Assembly (NCBI GenBank): GCA_010015805.1
Contig: ML978126.1
Coordinates: forward strand, 1,984,001-2,048,000
Source: Rhizodiscina lignyota
Taxonomy: Eukaryota
DNA: 64,000 nt
Direction of reading: 5' to 3'
Shown here: positions 36,081 through 48,777 of the stretch, piece by piece
Numbering within the stretch: position 1 is the first letter of the stretch
Layout: every line of letters starts with the position of its first letter
Made by a program: the position numbers and the translations under genes
Notes under the pieces: generated by a model
Database searches by the model: none
The model's input: the letters and a program-made list of their open reading frames with translations, nothing else
What the model was told of the DNA's origin: nothing

Positions 36081-37462
36081 TTTGAGTTGAGCGCTGTTCC
36101 CTTTGAGTTGAAGGTATCTGCCGATTGATTGAAGAAACGGTGGCGGTGTTGGTCGTATGCGATGGATTGGCAGTTGTGTGGGGTGCGCAGGTGGGAGCCG
36201 CACACATTTTCGATATTTCGAAATCTTGGCACTCCGGGTTGCGGAACAGAGCCACCATGTTGCACAAGAGGAGAGAAGATATATTTATCAGAATGCACAT
36301 AATCGTATTGAAAAGCCTATCCTGTGCTCTATGGAGGTCTCATGCTATGTGGAAATCACTTCTACCTTCTGGATAATTATCGTACATTCATCCCTTCCGA
36401 TATGTCAAGAAGAGAAGCACGAGCAAGATTGAATGAGCACGCATACACATTCATGCCCATATTTCAGTAGCAGTTATCGATCGGGAGGAAAATGCTCTCC
36501 TGCGAGGCGGGGACGCCTCCATGGCCACAGATAGGTACTATACGGATATGGCTCGTATGAAGTGATCAAACATCCGGTAGCATTCCAACATGGAAGGAAA
36601 TGTGAGCCATCAAGACAAAAACTTGCAGTTGGCGAAATTCTGAAGAACTGAAGAGCCTCCACTAAAGAGATAATCGACCCTTCAACAACAGTTACCTGGC
36701 CGGAGGAGAGTGCTCAGGAGATACGGAGTAGGGGTCCTGAGTTTCCGAGCCAGTTCGCTGGCCAACCCATCTCGTACAGCGAACGCCCATCTGGTGTGAT
36801 GATTGTCGTGAATAAACTCGGAGGGATTCGACTAATCCTTCATCGCTTGAGAGATGTATGTACCGCCAATCATTGCGCTCTCCTCCACGGCTCTCATTGA
36901 GAACATGAAGGACACCGCACCCAAGATCAGCTGCTGGAATCTTTTCTCCACTCAACAGACGATTCTCGCTCTCATAGACATTCAACTGTCTCAATCGAAA
37001 ATGCTTTATTGCGAGTGTTGGTTTTTTGCGTTGTTCATGGAGAGAAGAAGAGATGAAAGGCTCTTGGCAAAAAGTTTTTATATCGAAACATGGCCCGTGC
37101 GACGATCATCCCGAAATCGGATCCTGGCCGGTTGAAAGTCATCGGACAGTTAAAAAAATTCATGTACACATGTAACTTTCGCACAATATACAGGTATGTG
37201 TAACGCTCATTCCATCAAATCCGCTGTTTGCTGCATTTCAAGTGTCACCAATTAAACGAAACCTCTTCGAATTGATTGGCTCCTCACATTCCTCAACAAT
37301 TACGCCTTGAATTGCATCCTTCCCTACAATTTTGCTCAATTCAGAAAAATCACCGTCATCACGCAGCGCTGGAGTCACGCGTACAGTTTTGGCTACAACC
37401 TATGCCAGTGATAAGCTAAACGTATGCTCCTGCTGATTGAAGTGTAGGATTCGTTGCCCGTC

Positions 37463-39360
37463 ATGGCAGAAGAACAGCAGAAAATCGCGATATTATCTGT
37501 TTTTGACAAGACCGGCCTCTTGGACCTTGCAAAGGGGCTGATCAAACACAATGTTCGCCTACTTGCTTCTGGGGGGACTGCGAGAATGATCCGAGAGTCG
37601 AACTTCCCCGTTGAAGATGTCTCAGCCATTACCAAGGCACCAGAGATGCTTGGAGGCCGTGTCAAGACTCTCCACCCTGCAGTGCACGGAGGCATTCTCG
37701 CCCGTAATCTGGAGTCAGACGAGAAGGATCTTGCTGAGCAAGGCATATCGAAAGTCGACTACGTTGTCTGCAACCTCTACCCATTCCGCGATACCGTCGC
37801 AAAGATTGGTGTCACGATTGAGGAGGCAGTCGAAGAAATTGACATTGGAGGAGTCACATTGCTCCGAGCAGCCGCAAAGAATCATGCTCGTGTCACAACC
37901 TTGAGCTCACCAAATCAATATCACGACTTTCTCAAGGAACTGGAGCAGGGAGACATTTCAGAGAAGACTCGGAAATTGTACGCTCTTGAAGCGTTTGAGC
38001 AGACCGCGGACTATGACGACGCCATATCAAGGTTCTTCAGAGCAAAATATGCCGGGGACGGCTTGCAACACCTCTCACTAAGATACGGAGCGAACCCACA
38101 CCAAAAGCCAGCCGCAGCCTTCATGAGGAACGGCCACCTCCCATTCAAGGTTCTTTGCGGTGCACCGGGGTACATCAACCTCCTTGATGTGCTTAATTCG
38201 TGGCCACTGGTCAAGGAGCTCAGCAGAGCACTTGAATATCCAGCAGCGGCAAGCTTCAAGCATGTGTCACCAGCTGGTGCAGCCATTGGAGTGCCTCTAA
38301 CCGAAATTGAGCGCAAAGTATATATGGTCGACGACATCGAAGGTCTGGAGAATTCGCCACTTGCACAAGCATATGCCAGGGCACGAGGAGCAGACCGCAT
38401 GTCAAGTTTTGGTGACGTGATTGCACTGTCGCACAAGGTGGACCTTCCAACTGCAAAAATTATCTCTCGGGAAGTCTCGGATGGAATTGTAGCACCAGGA
38501 TACTCGCCCGAGGCGCTGGAAATTTTGAGAAAGAAGAAGGGAGGTAAATACCTCGTCCTGCAGATGGATCCCGATTACGAGCCCCCTAGCGAGGAGACAC
38601 GACAAGTATATGGTGTATCGCTACTACAGCAACGGAATGATGCGCAAATCTCGCCAAGCGACACTTTTGCAACTATCATCTCACCAAAGGAGAACTCCAA
38701 GCTTCCGGGAACTGCGGTGAGAGATCTCACTGTTGCCACAATTGCCCTGAAGTACACGCAATCAAACTCGGTGTGCTACGCACTTAACGGACAGGTCATC
38801 GGGCTCGGTGCTGGCCAGCAATCACGCATTCATTGCACGAGGTTAGCAGGCGATAAGGCGGATAATTGGTGGATGCGGTTCCATGAGAGAGCGATCAATC
38901 TCAAGTGGAAGAAAGGAGTGAAGAGACCAGAAAAGAGCAACGCCATCGACCTGCTATGCAGCGGATCCGTCCCAAAGAGCGGGGTGGAGAGAGAGGATTT
39001 CGAAAAGAACTTTGAAGAGGTACCGTCGGTCTTCACCGAGGAAGAAAGAGAGGCATGGCTGTCGAAGCTGTCCGAAGTGGCAGTCAGCAGCGATGCATTT
39101 GTATGTGCAGCACACCCAGATGAGCAAACTTCAACTAACATTCAACAGTTCCCATTCATTGATAACGTTTTCAGAACTGCGAGAAGCGGTGCGAAATACA
39201 TCGCCGCACCAACAGGGAGTCAGGTAGGACATCCTCTTCCACCGGCATCCATTTCGATTGTTTGACTGACGGGACACAGAACGATCAAGCGGTCTTCTCG
39301 ACTGCGGAGAAGCTTGGGATAACGTTTGTCGAGCAGCACATTCGGCTCTTCCATCATTGA
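37463..39360 (+). CDS. ADE17: Bifunctional AICAR transformylase/IMP cyclohydrolase
   Basis: [48 protein letters not shown] and C-terminal RLFHH; introns 39101-39148 and ~39224-39279. Confidence 0.97.
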
Positions 39361-39970
39361 AAGGGTCATTTCCACTGCATGCGGGGTCAAATATTGGAGA
39401 TACCAGGTGACGTCCAACTCGTTCAAGGGCCTTCCTTCTGGCAACGCCCCTTCCGCCGTCCGAACGGCAGCACTGTTCAGAAAGGGGATATGGCGTTAAT
39501 GCAATCGATAAATGGGCTGGATAGCTTAATGAGCCTGCCCAATCCGGAGTCTTCTTGACGCTGTGAAATGAAAATCATGTGCAAATCACCGATTCGGAAG
39601 ATATTCAGATGTGAGTCGACAAGGTGATGGCGGTGATCCCCAGCAAGATGATCGACATCGCCGGAATGTTTAAAATAAGGCTGTTAGGGTTTGCGCGACC
39701 GGGGCGGGAGCCGGTTCCAAATCCGCGACTTCGAGGTCGTGTCTTCGCTAATTTGCGCGTCCAAACTACTCCTTATGACTGCCCGAACCGCTGCGATATT
39801 TGTCCTTCTTGCACCACTCCATTCCTCCGCACCGTGAAGATTAGCACTGTACTTGCTTCCTGACCTCCTCCCCATCCGCCTTGCTACCTCACCACCCCAG
39901 GGAGGCACAGTACAAATCCTTATGCCGCACCCCTCCACGCCGCATACTCCCCTTTGGCGCGTCTCCGCAG

Positions 39971-42886
39971 ATGCTGGGCACTGGAAGAACGCAAGCTGAG
40001 ATCCAGGCGCAAAGGACAAAGGTATGCTCTACCGCCTGTCGCGCTGTCTTTTGCGTTTAGCGCTAACTCGGGCAAATCGCAGCTCGCGAATTCATACGGG
40101 CAACTTCTAGAGTAAGACCACTTCCGCGACACACCGCTACGCAAATACTCACGCAATCGCACAGCGAATTCTCCTCCAAAGAGCTTCGAACTGTCGGAAA
40201 TTACACACTTGGACGGCTGATCGGGAAGGGATCGTTTGGCAAGGTCTATCTTGCGAGCCACAAGCTCACCAATGGGTCGAAGGTATACTCAAGCTCGCGC
40301 GTACTGCAAGGGGGCCAAAATGTTAAGCACTGGAACAGGTCGTTCTCAAATCGGCGAGAAAGGATGATGCGAATCTCGCTCGGGAGATCCATCATCACCG
40401 ACAGTTCCTCCATCCACATATTGCGCGATTATACGAGGTCATAGTGACCGAGAGCCTCGTTTGGCTGGCGTTGGAGTACTGCCCAGGCAAGTTTCCAACT
40501 ACAGAAATTGGTGCAATGAATTTCTTCTAACGATTGTGCGTATTCAGGCGACGAATTGTACAACTATCTCCTGAAGACAGGTCCGATTGAGGTTCCCAAG
40601 GTTCAGAGAATTTTCACCCAGCTCGTCGGAGCCGTATCGTACGTCCACAACAAGTCCTGCGTCCACCGTGACCTCAAGCTCGAGAATATACTTCTGGACA
40701 AGCATGAGAATGTCAAGCTGGTTGACTTTGGCTTCACCCGAGAATACGAGGGGAAGTCTAGTTACCTGCAGACATGGTGTGGCACAGTCTGCTACAGTGC
40801 GCCGGAGATGCTCAAGGGAGAGAAGTATGCTGGAGAAAAGGTGGATGTGTGGAGCTTGGGCATCATTCTCTATGCGCTGCTCTGCGGAGAGCTGCCTTTC
40901 GACGATGACGATGAGGACGTCACAAAGCAGAAAATCCTCAAAGAAGAGCCCAAGTGGCCCGAACATATGCCTCCGCAAGCGAAAGAACTCATCACCCGCC
41001 TTATCTCTAAACGACCACTTTTACGGCCCTCGTTGTCAGACGTATTGACAAATCCATGGCTTGCCGAGCACGCGCCGCAGCAACAAGCCATCCTGAAACT
41101 GCAGCAGCCAGCACCATTTACCACAGAATTGGAGAAGGAGACCCTACAACGTATGAGAAGTGCTGGAGTGGATATTGACATGGTTATCGAAAATGTGCTT
41201 GCACAGCGCTGTGACAGCCTGGCGGGATGGTGGGCATTGCTGATTGAGAAAGAAGAGCGAAAGGCTAAGAGGAGAGAAAAAAAGCGTAAAGAGCGCGAGG
41301 CAGAGGCAAAGAGTCTGAGAAGGCTGAGTGCTGCGAGTAGTAGACTTGAACGAATAGCGCCTACCATCAGAGAAACAGACGAGGAGGGCCAGCCGCTTTT
41401 GCTCCTTGGAGAGCCGCCAAAGGGGAGAGGAAGAAATCTTAAACGAAATAGCTGTAAGCTCAATGTCCTTGTGATAGTATTGATGGATTACACTGAACAA
41501 CATATAGCCGCCGCCGCACCTCCGGACTTACCTCAATTGCTTGAGACGGTCGGTGAGCCGACGCACCCGCCACTGAAAGAGCCACCAGCACCTAGATCCG
41601 CAAGCTCCTCAAGATCACGACCCCCTGTCCCTCCGAAAGAGAGTAGACCTGCTAGGTCTAGTATGCTACAAGTTGTCCAATCCACTCCTGACCTCCTTAC
41701 TCCAGATACCCAGGTACAAACAAAGCGCAGGCCTAGATACCAGCAACCTTTCTTCAACCAACTCTCTTCCCTGAAGGCCTGGCTTAAACAATCAGCCATG
41801 CGAGCCCGCTCGCCTAATACCAAACGTAGCAATTCAGTCTCTCCCCAACCTCCACGACCAACCACCTCATCTCGCGACAACCATATCCGACGAATATCCT
41901 CAGGACCTGCGCATCCTCGAAGCTCCGGGCAATACTCCTCCAGACCTCAACTTGCTACACGCTCTACATTCCCTGCACGCCCTCGCATCTCTACAACGTC
42001 CAGCACAGGTTCAGTAAGTGGGACTGGCGCAGGCAAGCGCCTCCCCTCACTGTCTCCATCACCGCTTACACCCCACTCGTCGTATTATCGCCGAGGCAGC
42101 GCAGGTCTCCGCGGCCGTAAATCAACAAGTTCGTCCGTGAGCTCCGTCCGCTCAATACACCACGTGCACTCCCACTCGAAAGCCTCGTCCACCTCATCCG
42201 CCTCGTTAGCATCACCATCTGCGTCCTCGTCCGGAAAGCCATTCACGGGCCGCTCTCCCCACTCTTCTGTCAAAGTCCTGCCCGCCACACCAACATCCAG
42301 CGCCTTCCCATCAAACATCCGCGTCGCTCGCGCTCCGCCTGCGCCGCTGCTCCTTGGAGGCGGCAACAAGGACAGCCTGACGGCGGAAGGCACTGCGGCG
42401 TTCTCATCCCTTCCGCCACCCAGCCCCGGGCTCATCTTTGCGAAGCGGAAGAGGACTCCGTTCAAGGGCCCAATGTTACATGTCGGCGGCCATCATGGCT
42501 CGAGTCCGAGTCATAGTCGCGGCAGAGACAGTGGGAGTCGCAGTGGGAGTATACAGGGCAGGAGGAGCGGGGACATTATCGAAGAGGCGGACGAGGAGGA
42601 TGAGCTGGGAGAGATAGAGGGGTTGGAAGGATTGGAGAGTGAGGTCATGCTAGAAGGCGACGAGGATGAAGTGGAGGAGGTGGAGGAGTTCAGTCCTGTG
42701 GGGCCGAATACAGAGGTGGAGGTTGTGGACGATGATGATGTAGATGACAGCCCCGTCAAGGAGCGAGAAGACGACACGGCGGAGGTAGTCAAAGGTGATA
42801 CCCCAGTCGTCGATGCGAACGGCTCACCCGGGAAAGGCAAAGCAAAGGCGGAGGATGGCACTGTGGTCGTGCATCCCCCTTCCTGA
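39971..42886 (+). CDS. CAMK-like Ser/Thr protein kinase with a long S/R-rich tail and acidic end
   Basis: Exons give IGKGSFGKV, VVLK, HRDLKLEN, DFG, APE and DVWSLG; five introns, including GC-AG 40487-40547. Confidence 0.92.
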
Positions 42887-43970
42887 GTTGACTTGAGTCA
42901 AAGCATGTGCCTAAGGCCTTTTGCTGTGATTCTGACCAACTGCATTTTGTCTCCGGACTTCTCGTGCGATGCGACTCATAGCAAGCGTGTTAGCGTTTGG
43001 ATTAATGTCTATGGCTTCGAAAAGCCGTGTTCTTGTTATGTAACAACAACTTCTGCCTTGTTGGTATTCAGCGCACGTGTAACGGTACGAGCTGCTGAAG
43101 GAACGTGCCTTTCTTCAACATCCACACGTCACGCCTTTTGACATGCGGCTCGAGTGCACGACTCCACAGGGCGCGTAGGATGAGGCGCGAGTCGCCAGTT
43201 GCGTAGAACCTTCCGGCTTATGCCCTTGCGACCCTTGAGAAGACGTGATTATAATGGCTCCATTAGTAGTTGCGGGCGAGTTTACGGGACCCATGCTTAT
43301 TTAGTTTGATGCTATTCGATGACGCGTTGGTGGAGCGGATGGCCAGTGCTAACTTTTTGGGTCAATGTCCTGCGAGGTTGGCGTTCAGCTGTATATAACG
43401 TCAATCGCTCGCGACTTCCCCCGTGAAAATTCCTCTTTCTTGAATATTCTTCCCTTAAACTGAGAGGTACCTGCTTCAGCTCAAAACTTTGCAATGCCTT
43501 GACAAATCGCTCTTTTCCCTCCTTCATCCTTTGTGCATACGAAAAATGCGAACAAGTTATAAACCTACTTGTATGGGAAGAAGGCACTTACCACAAGTCG
43601 GCGTGAGATACCTATATATATCTCATCACCATAAACCACAAACAGTCGGTGGGTCTAGGTCAATCTCAATTTCACTGACTTGAGAGCAAAATTTCATTAG
43701 CACTACTCCGTACTGCGGTGCGGCACAACTCCTTCGGTCATACCGCTGCTGCTAATGTACAGATTCGAGACTGTGGTATCTTTTCCCAGCAAACACTCAA
43801 AAACAACGACCGATCATGATGCAATTTCGAACTAAAGAACGATGTAGCCATCTGTTTGGCCTTGGTATATGATTTTCTCTTGTTCTCTTCCATGTAAATG
43901 CACAATTGCGGGGACGTGCAACTCTCCGATCCCCGTTTCCCATAAAACATCTCTCATTAGGTCCGTTTGT

Positions 43971-45940
43971 CTAGCAGAAGAACTTGTATGCCTGCAACGG
44001 CATCGTTAGCATTCGGATCTGCAAATGGCAGGCTTGAGGATAACAACGAACCTTCTTCCACTTCGACCAGTTGGCCCTCTCGGCCTTCTCCTCTGCAATC
44101 AGCTCCGCAAGATTCAACTCGCGCATACCCGTATGCAGGTCCATAGCATGGCTCCTGACGAACGGCGTCTTGTACCAGATCTTGTACGGAATGTAGAACG
44201 CAATCACGATAGGCGCCGCGAGGTAGGCCATGAAGAAGTCCTCTGTTCGGTCCGCGCCCGTCTCCGATCCGTAGCCAATGCCCGCAAAGCCGGTCCAGAA
44301 CTGTGCAATGAGCACAAGTATGTTGAGGATGAAGCCAATCCATGAGCCGATGATGCCGGGCTGAGAGCGGAAAGCGAGCTCATCCAGTGTGTGTCCCTGC
44401 ACGTGCCATCCCTTTCGGAAGCGGATGTGGGCAAGACAGATGGAGCCCCAGGTGAATATGGAGCTGAGACCGGAAAGGGCAAGCATCCAGTTGAATGCAT
44501 CCTCTTGCTTGTCGCTACCTGCGAGGTAAGCCAAGAATCCGATGACTGATGCGAAGAGGATACCGAATATCGGCCTGCCCTTGCGATCGATATATCCAAA
44601 GAACTTGGGAGCCTGGCGCTGGTCGGCGAGTGCAGCAAGAGTACGTGAGGAGCCATAGATGGATGAGTTACCGACAGAGAGCACGGCAATCATAATGACG
44701 ACATTCATGACCGAAGGCAGACCAGAAATACCCGCGTTCTCGATGGAAATGACGAATGGAGAGGCAGTAGCGTCAGCAGCGGAAGAACCACCGAGAAGGC
44801 GGTCGTCATTGTAGGGCACAAGTAGGCCGACAATGGTGAGTGCAACAACGTAGAAGAGCGAGATACGCCAGAAGACCTGCTTGACGGCAGTTGGAAGCGA
44901 TTTCCTCGGGTTTGCAGTTTCAGCCGCAGCAAGACCGACAAGTTCAGTTCCGGCGAATGCAAAAGCTGCATTGACGAACACGCTACAAAGACCTTTGAAG
45001 CCATTGTTAAACGCACCCGGATCGTGCCAGAAGTGGCCTCCGATATACCCTCCGTGGGGTCCACCACCGCAGTTGAGAATGATGCCAAGGATGATGTATC
45101 CGACGATGGCGGTAACCTTGATGATAGCGAAGACGAACTCGGCTTCACCGTATCCACGGACGCCAAACAGATTGATAGCGATGATCAGCAAGAGGAAAAT
45201 GGATACCCAGGCGTCGTTGTTAATCTTGCCTTGGTTCCAGAATTCGATAGTCAATGTGGCGGCGACGATTTCAAGAGGCAACACGACCAACCATTGCATC
45301 GCATAGCTATCGCATTTAAGTTAGCATTTGAAGAAGATCTTAATAAACCGAAGGGCGACTCACTTCCAGCCCATGGCAAAACCCCATGCAGGGTCGAGGA
45401 AACGAGTGGAGAAGGCGGAGAATGAACCAGCGACAGGGAACAGGACAGCCATCTCGCCCAGGGCGTGGACGGTGCAGTACAACATGATACCGATTAGAAT
45501 GTACGCAATTAGCACAGATGCGGGACCACCATGCGCCAGCACGCTACCAGAACCAACGAACAGACCAGTTCCTGTGCAGAGAGCCTCGTTAGCCGGGTTT
45601 ACCAACCTTTCTAAAGCAGAAACTTACCGATACTGCCTCCAATGGCAATCATCTGCAAATGCCTTCCCTTGAGCTTCCTCTGAAGTGGACTCTCTGCAGT
45701 ACCTGCAGTCGCCGCCTCCATATCGAAACCTCTGGAGGGCTTGCCTTCGACCGCGGCGACGGCCTCGGCGCCTTTGGGGTTGATATGCAGGCCCGGCTCG
45801 CGCTTGAAGCCGTCGATGAAGTCTCGCCACATGCTGGTGCTCCTGGGCTCGTTCTCGCCGACATATGCGGCATCGTGGCCGTTACCATTGGACGAGTAGG
45901 ATTCGTCGGGCTTTCCATTCTTCTCTACTGGGTCGTCCAT
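43971..45940 (-). CDS. Amino acid permease, YAT family (Gap1-like)
   Basis: LKGRHLQMIAIGGSIGTGLFVG, FAFAGTELVGLAAAETANPRK and C-terminal FFC; three introns. Confidence 0.95.
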
Positions 45941-48777
45941 GGTGACTGATCTTACAGGCGTTCAATTAGAAAGAGTTGGAGCCGGGAATGTAGCGAAAGT
46001 CGACGTTTTTATTGCTCTCCAGGCTCCGCGGAGTCAAGTGTCGCAGGTGTTGATTCTGGCCTGCTGGTCGCCTCGTGGCTTGGTGCTCGAAGCGCGGGAG
46101 TAGCAACCTTGATGCGCGGTGGCGGGCTGGATGTCGTCCAGGTTGCGCGCCGACTCACGATGTCATGGAAGAGGTGTGCGAGAAGGGGGGTTAAGGTTGT
46201 TTTTAAGGTGTCGCGACGTCGATCCTGCTCCGTGAGTGTGTCGAGAGTCGAGTAAGCGTTGCAGCTGGGGAGCGCAGGGCTGCGCCGCTCGGCAAGCGGG
46301 CAGGGGTGCGTTGAGCGTTGCTTCATCGTATTGGACCGCTCCAGCACCTCGAAACATCCACCGGCCCCACTGAAGCAATTTTCGTTCGCGCATATGATAG
46401 GAGAGAGGATGCTACTCTGTTATCTACGGCGAGTCAAAGTATATTGGCGTTCGACTCTATACAGTCATCGCATTACTTTCGAGCGTGCACATTGATGCCT
46501 TGGGACAGCTTGGTGCATCCAACTCCGGAAGATCGTCAAATCCAACCATCTCGTGCAGCGCTCCATCGCATTCGCCTTCCCAATCCGCAGAGACTCGCGA
46601 ACGCATGGCGGCAGGGCCCTGAGCTTGTGCCTACAGTCCCGGCTACCCCTCTGGCGGAACGAGGCATACTTGCGCCCTCGGACCGTTGAAGATGTTGTAG
46701 AAAGACTATGCTCTTCTCGCGGAACCGTCTCTCACTGATCTCTCTCTCAAGACGTCATGGCACTGGATACGGCTCTCAGCTAGTATGATCGTTTTCCGTT
46801 TTCAGCTTCTCACCCACGAGAAGTTGTGTCCGACACCAGCTTACGGTCATACAACCTCGAAGGATCGTCGACCCATGCCAAGGCCACCGCCCTCACACGA
46901 CAATAAGGCGCACGTCAAAACCGCGCAGGAGTAGGACTTCACCCTTCCACATTCGACGGCAACGCCGAACTTACTCATCTTGAACCGCTCTGCTGTCCAA
47001 TGTCAGCGTTTCCTTCTGCCTTTTGCCCAAAGCTTCTTGGACGCGCCGAGCAAAGCGGAATGCTTTCCTCATTTCTCCAAACGCCACTTGCAGCGGAGAC
47101 ATATAGGACTTAGGAATCGCGTCACCTTGCTCTCGCACCGCTCGAGCTTTGAACGCTCGGATCGTTGTGGAGTAAAAATCTGGTCTTTTCCTGATGCGGA
47201 AGCTCGAGCAACTCGCAATGACGCCGTCGTTGGCAATCGTTCTCGCGCTTTGGTTCGGAAGGATAATCATTATGAAAGAGTTTTCCAATTTCGCCTCCAC
47301 CCGCGCATTCCCATGTATGAAGCCCCGCAGGTGACAAAAGAGCTGGCCGCTAGCCAACCTGTAACGCCTGAGAGCGAGCTGCTGCCTCATTGCAAGAGAA
47401 TTGAGAGTCTTCCCGAAAGGTTGGCTCTGTCTTCTCTGGAGGGTGCATTGTTGCACCTTTAACAAAATGTCTTGCACTTTGTTGATTCTTAAGACTACAG
47501 TACAACACACCCATTCAATGTCTTGAATCCAGTTGCTAACTTTTTCGTCACACTCGATGCATCGCCGTCCCGGGGCATAATGTCCTTACCCAATAGCTTA
47601 CTCCTACGCACAGCCTTATTGGTCGCGCCCCTCGAATCGCCAAGGCACTCCCGCAACGCCCGCAGCGAGGCGGCTCCACATTTCCTCGGACACCAAGTGT
47701 GATAGCGTATGCGACTTGCCAGAGATTTCACGAGGCTTCTACAGAATCTCGGCCGCTTCTCGGCGTAGAATACTCTCTTTGGAGCTGGGGTTAGGATGGC
47801 TGCGAGCTCATCTTGCATGGTATGAGGGTTAGGGTTGGGGCAGAGATGTCTTCGGACAGCCAACATCGATGTACACATACGATGAATTGAATATAACAGA
47901 TGATATTCTCTACGTCGGCCGAGCAGTAGAGAGAGTCTGTGCATAGTTAAACGTTACGTTCAGAGCGAGTACAGCCCTTTTCAACCCATCTTTAACCACA
48001 TTGTGCTCTGCGCTGCAGCTTCGTCTTTACGGAACTCCAAGTCTCCTTTGAGAGCCCACGTATCTCACATACATACCATTGTACGCTTGACAGATTTGTG
48101 GCAAAGATGTCCCTGGACGGCCAACACATACACGTTGAACGGAATATAAAGGGTGATATTGTATTGATCGGCAGGACGACAGGAAGACTGTATACATCAT
48201 TTAATTTTATTTTTAGAGGTGGTACAGTTGTATTGGAACCCTCCTTGACGGCAGAGTGTCCATTACACAGCTACGAGCCCACTAAACTCACAGTCCTTTT
48301 GACAGACATGTGAGTTTCATAGATTTGATTGGCTTATTTAGACTGAGTACTACTAGAGTACATGTGCGGAGTGAAGCTCTAGCGAAGATGTTATTGAACA
48401 ACCACCACCTACGTGGTCAACTCAACACCACAATCGATATATCCCAAGTCTGCAGGACGACAAGGAGAGTATACACGTGATTAAACGGTGTATTCAACAG
48501 CAATACAGTTACATCCAAACCCTCCTTGAAGTCCGTATTCACGTCTGCACAGCCGCACGTTTGATGAATTCACATTCCCTCTGAGAGCAATGCAAGTGTC
48601 ACAGACTTGATTCATCTATTTGAACTTGGTACTACTAGAGTACAGATGGCCCCTTCCCGGTGGGGCATCACGGCCAAGACGTGGCAGCCGCAGTTACTAC
48701 TCCGCAAATGCAAGAAAGAGAAGAAGAAAATCATCAACAGCCTCATCATCGCCAACGTGCATACTCCTCAATCTCGC

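Noticed and set aside
36688..36730. TTACCTGGC resembling the U1 snRNA 5' end
   Set aside because: Lacks ATAC prefix and recognisable U1 stem-loops
41454..41507. Apparent insertions in the kinase, ADE17 (39101-39148) and permease (~43994-44050) ORFs
   Set aside because: Ordinary stop-free introns with length divisible by 3 that the ORF track read through
47825..47840. AGGGTTAGGGTT telomere-like motif
   Set aside because: Only two units; expected by chance
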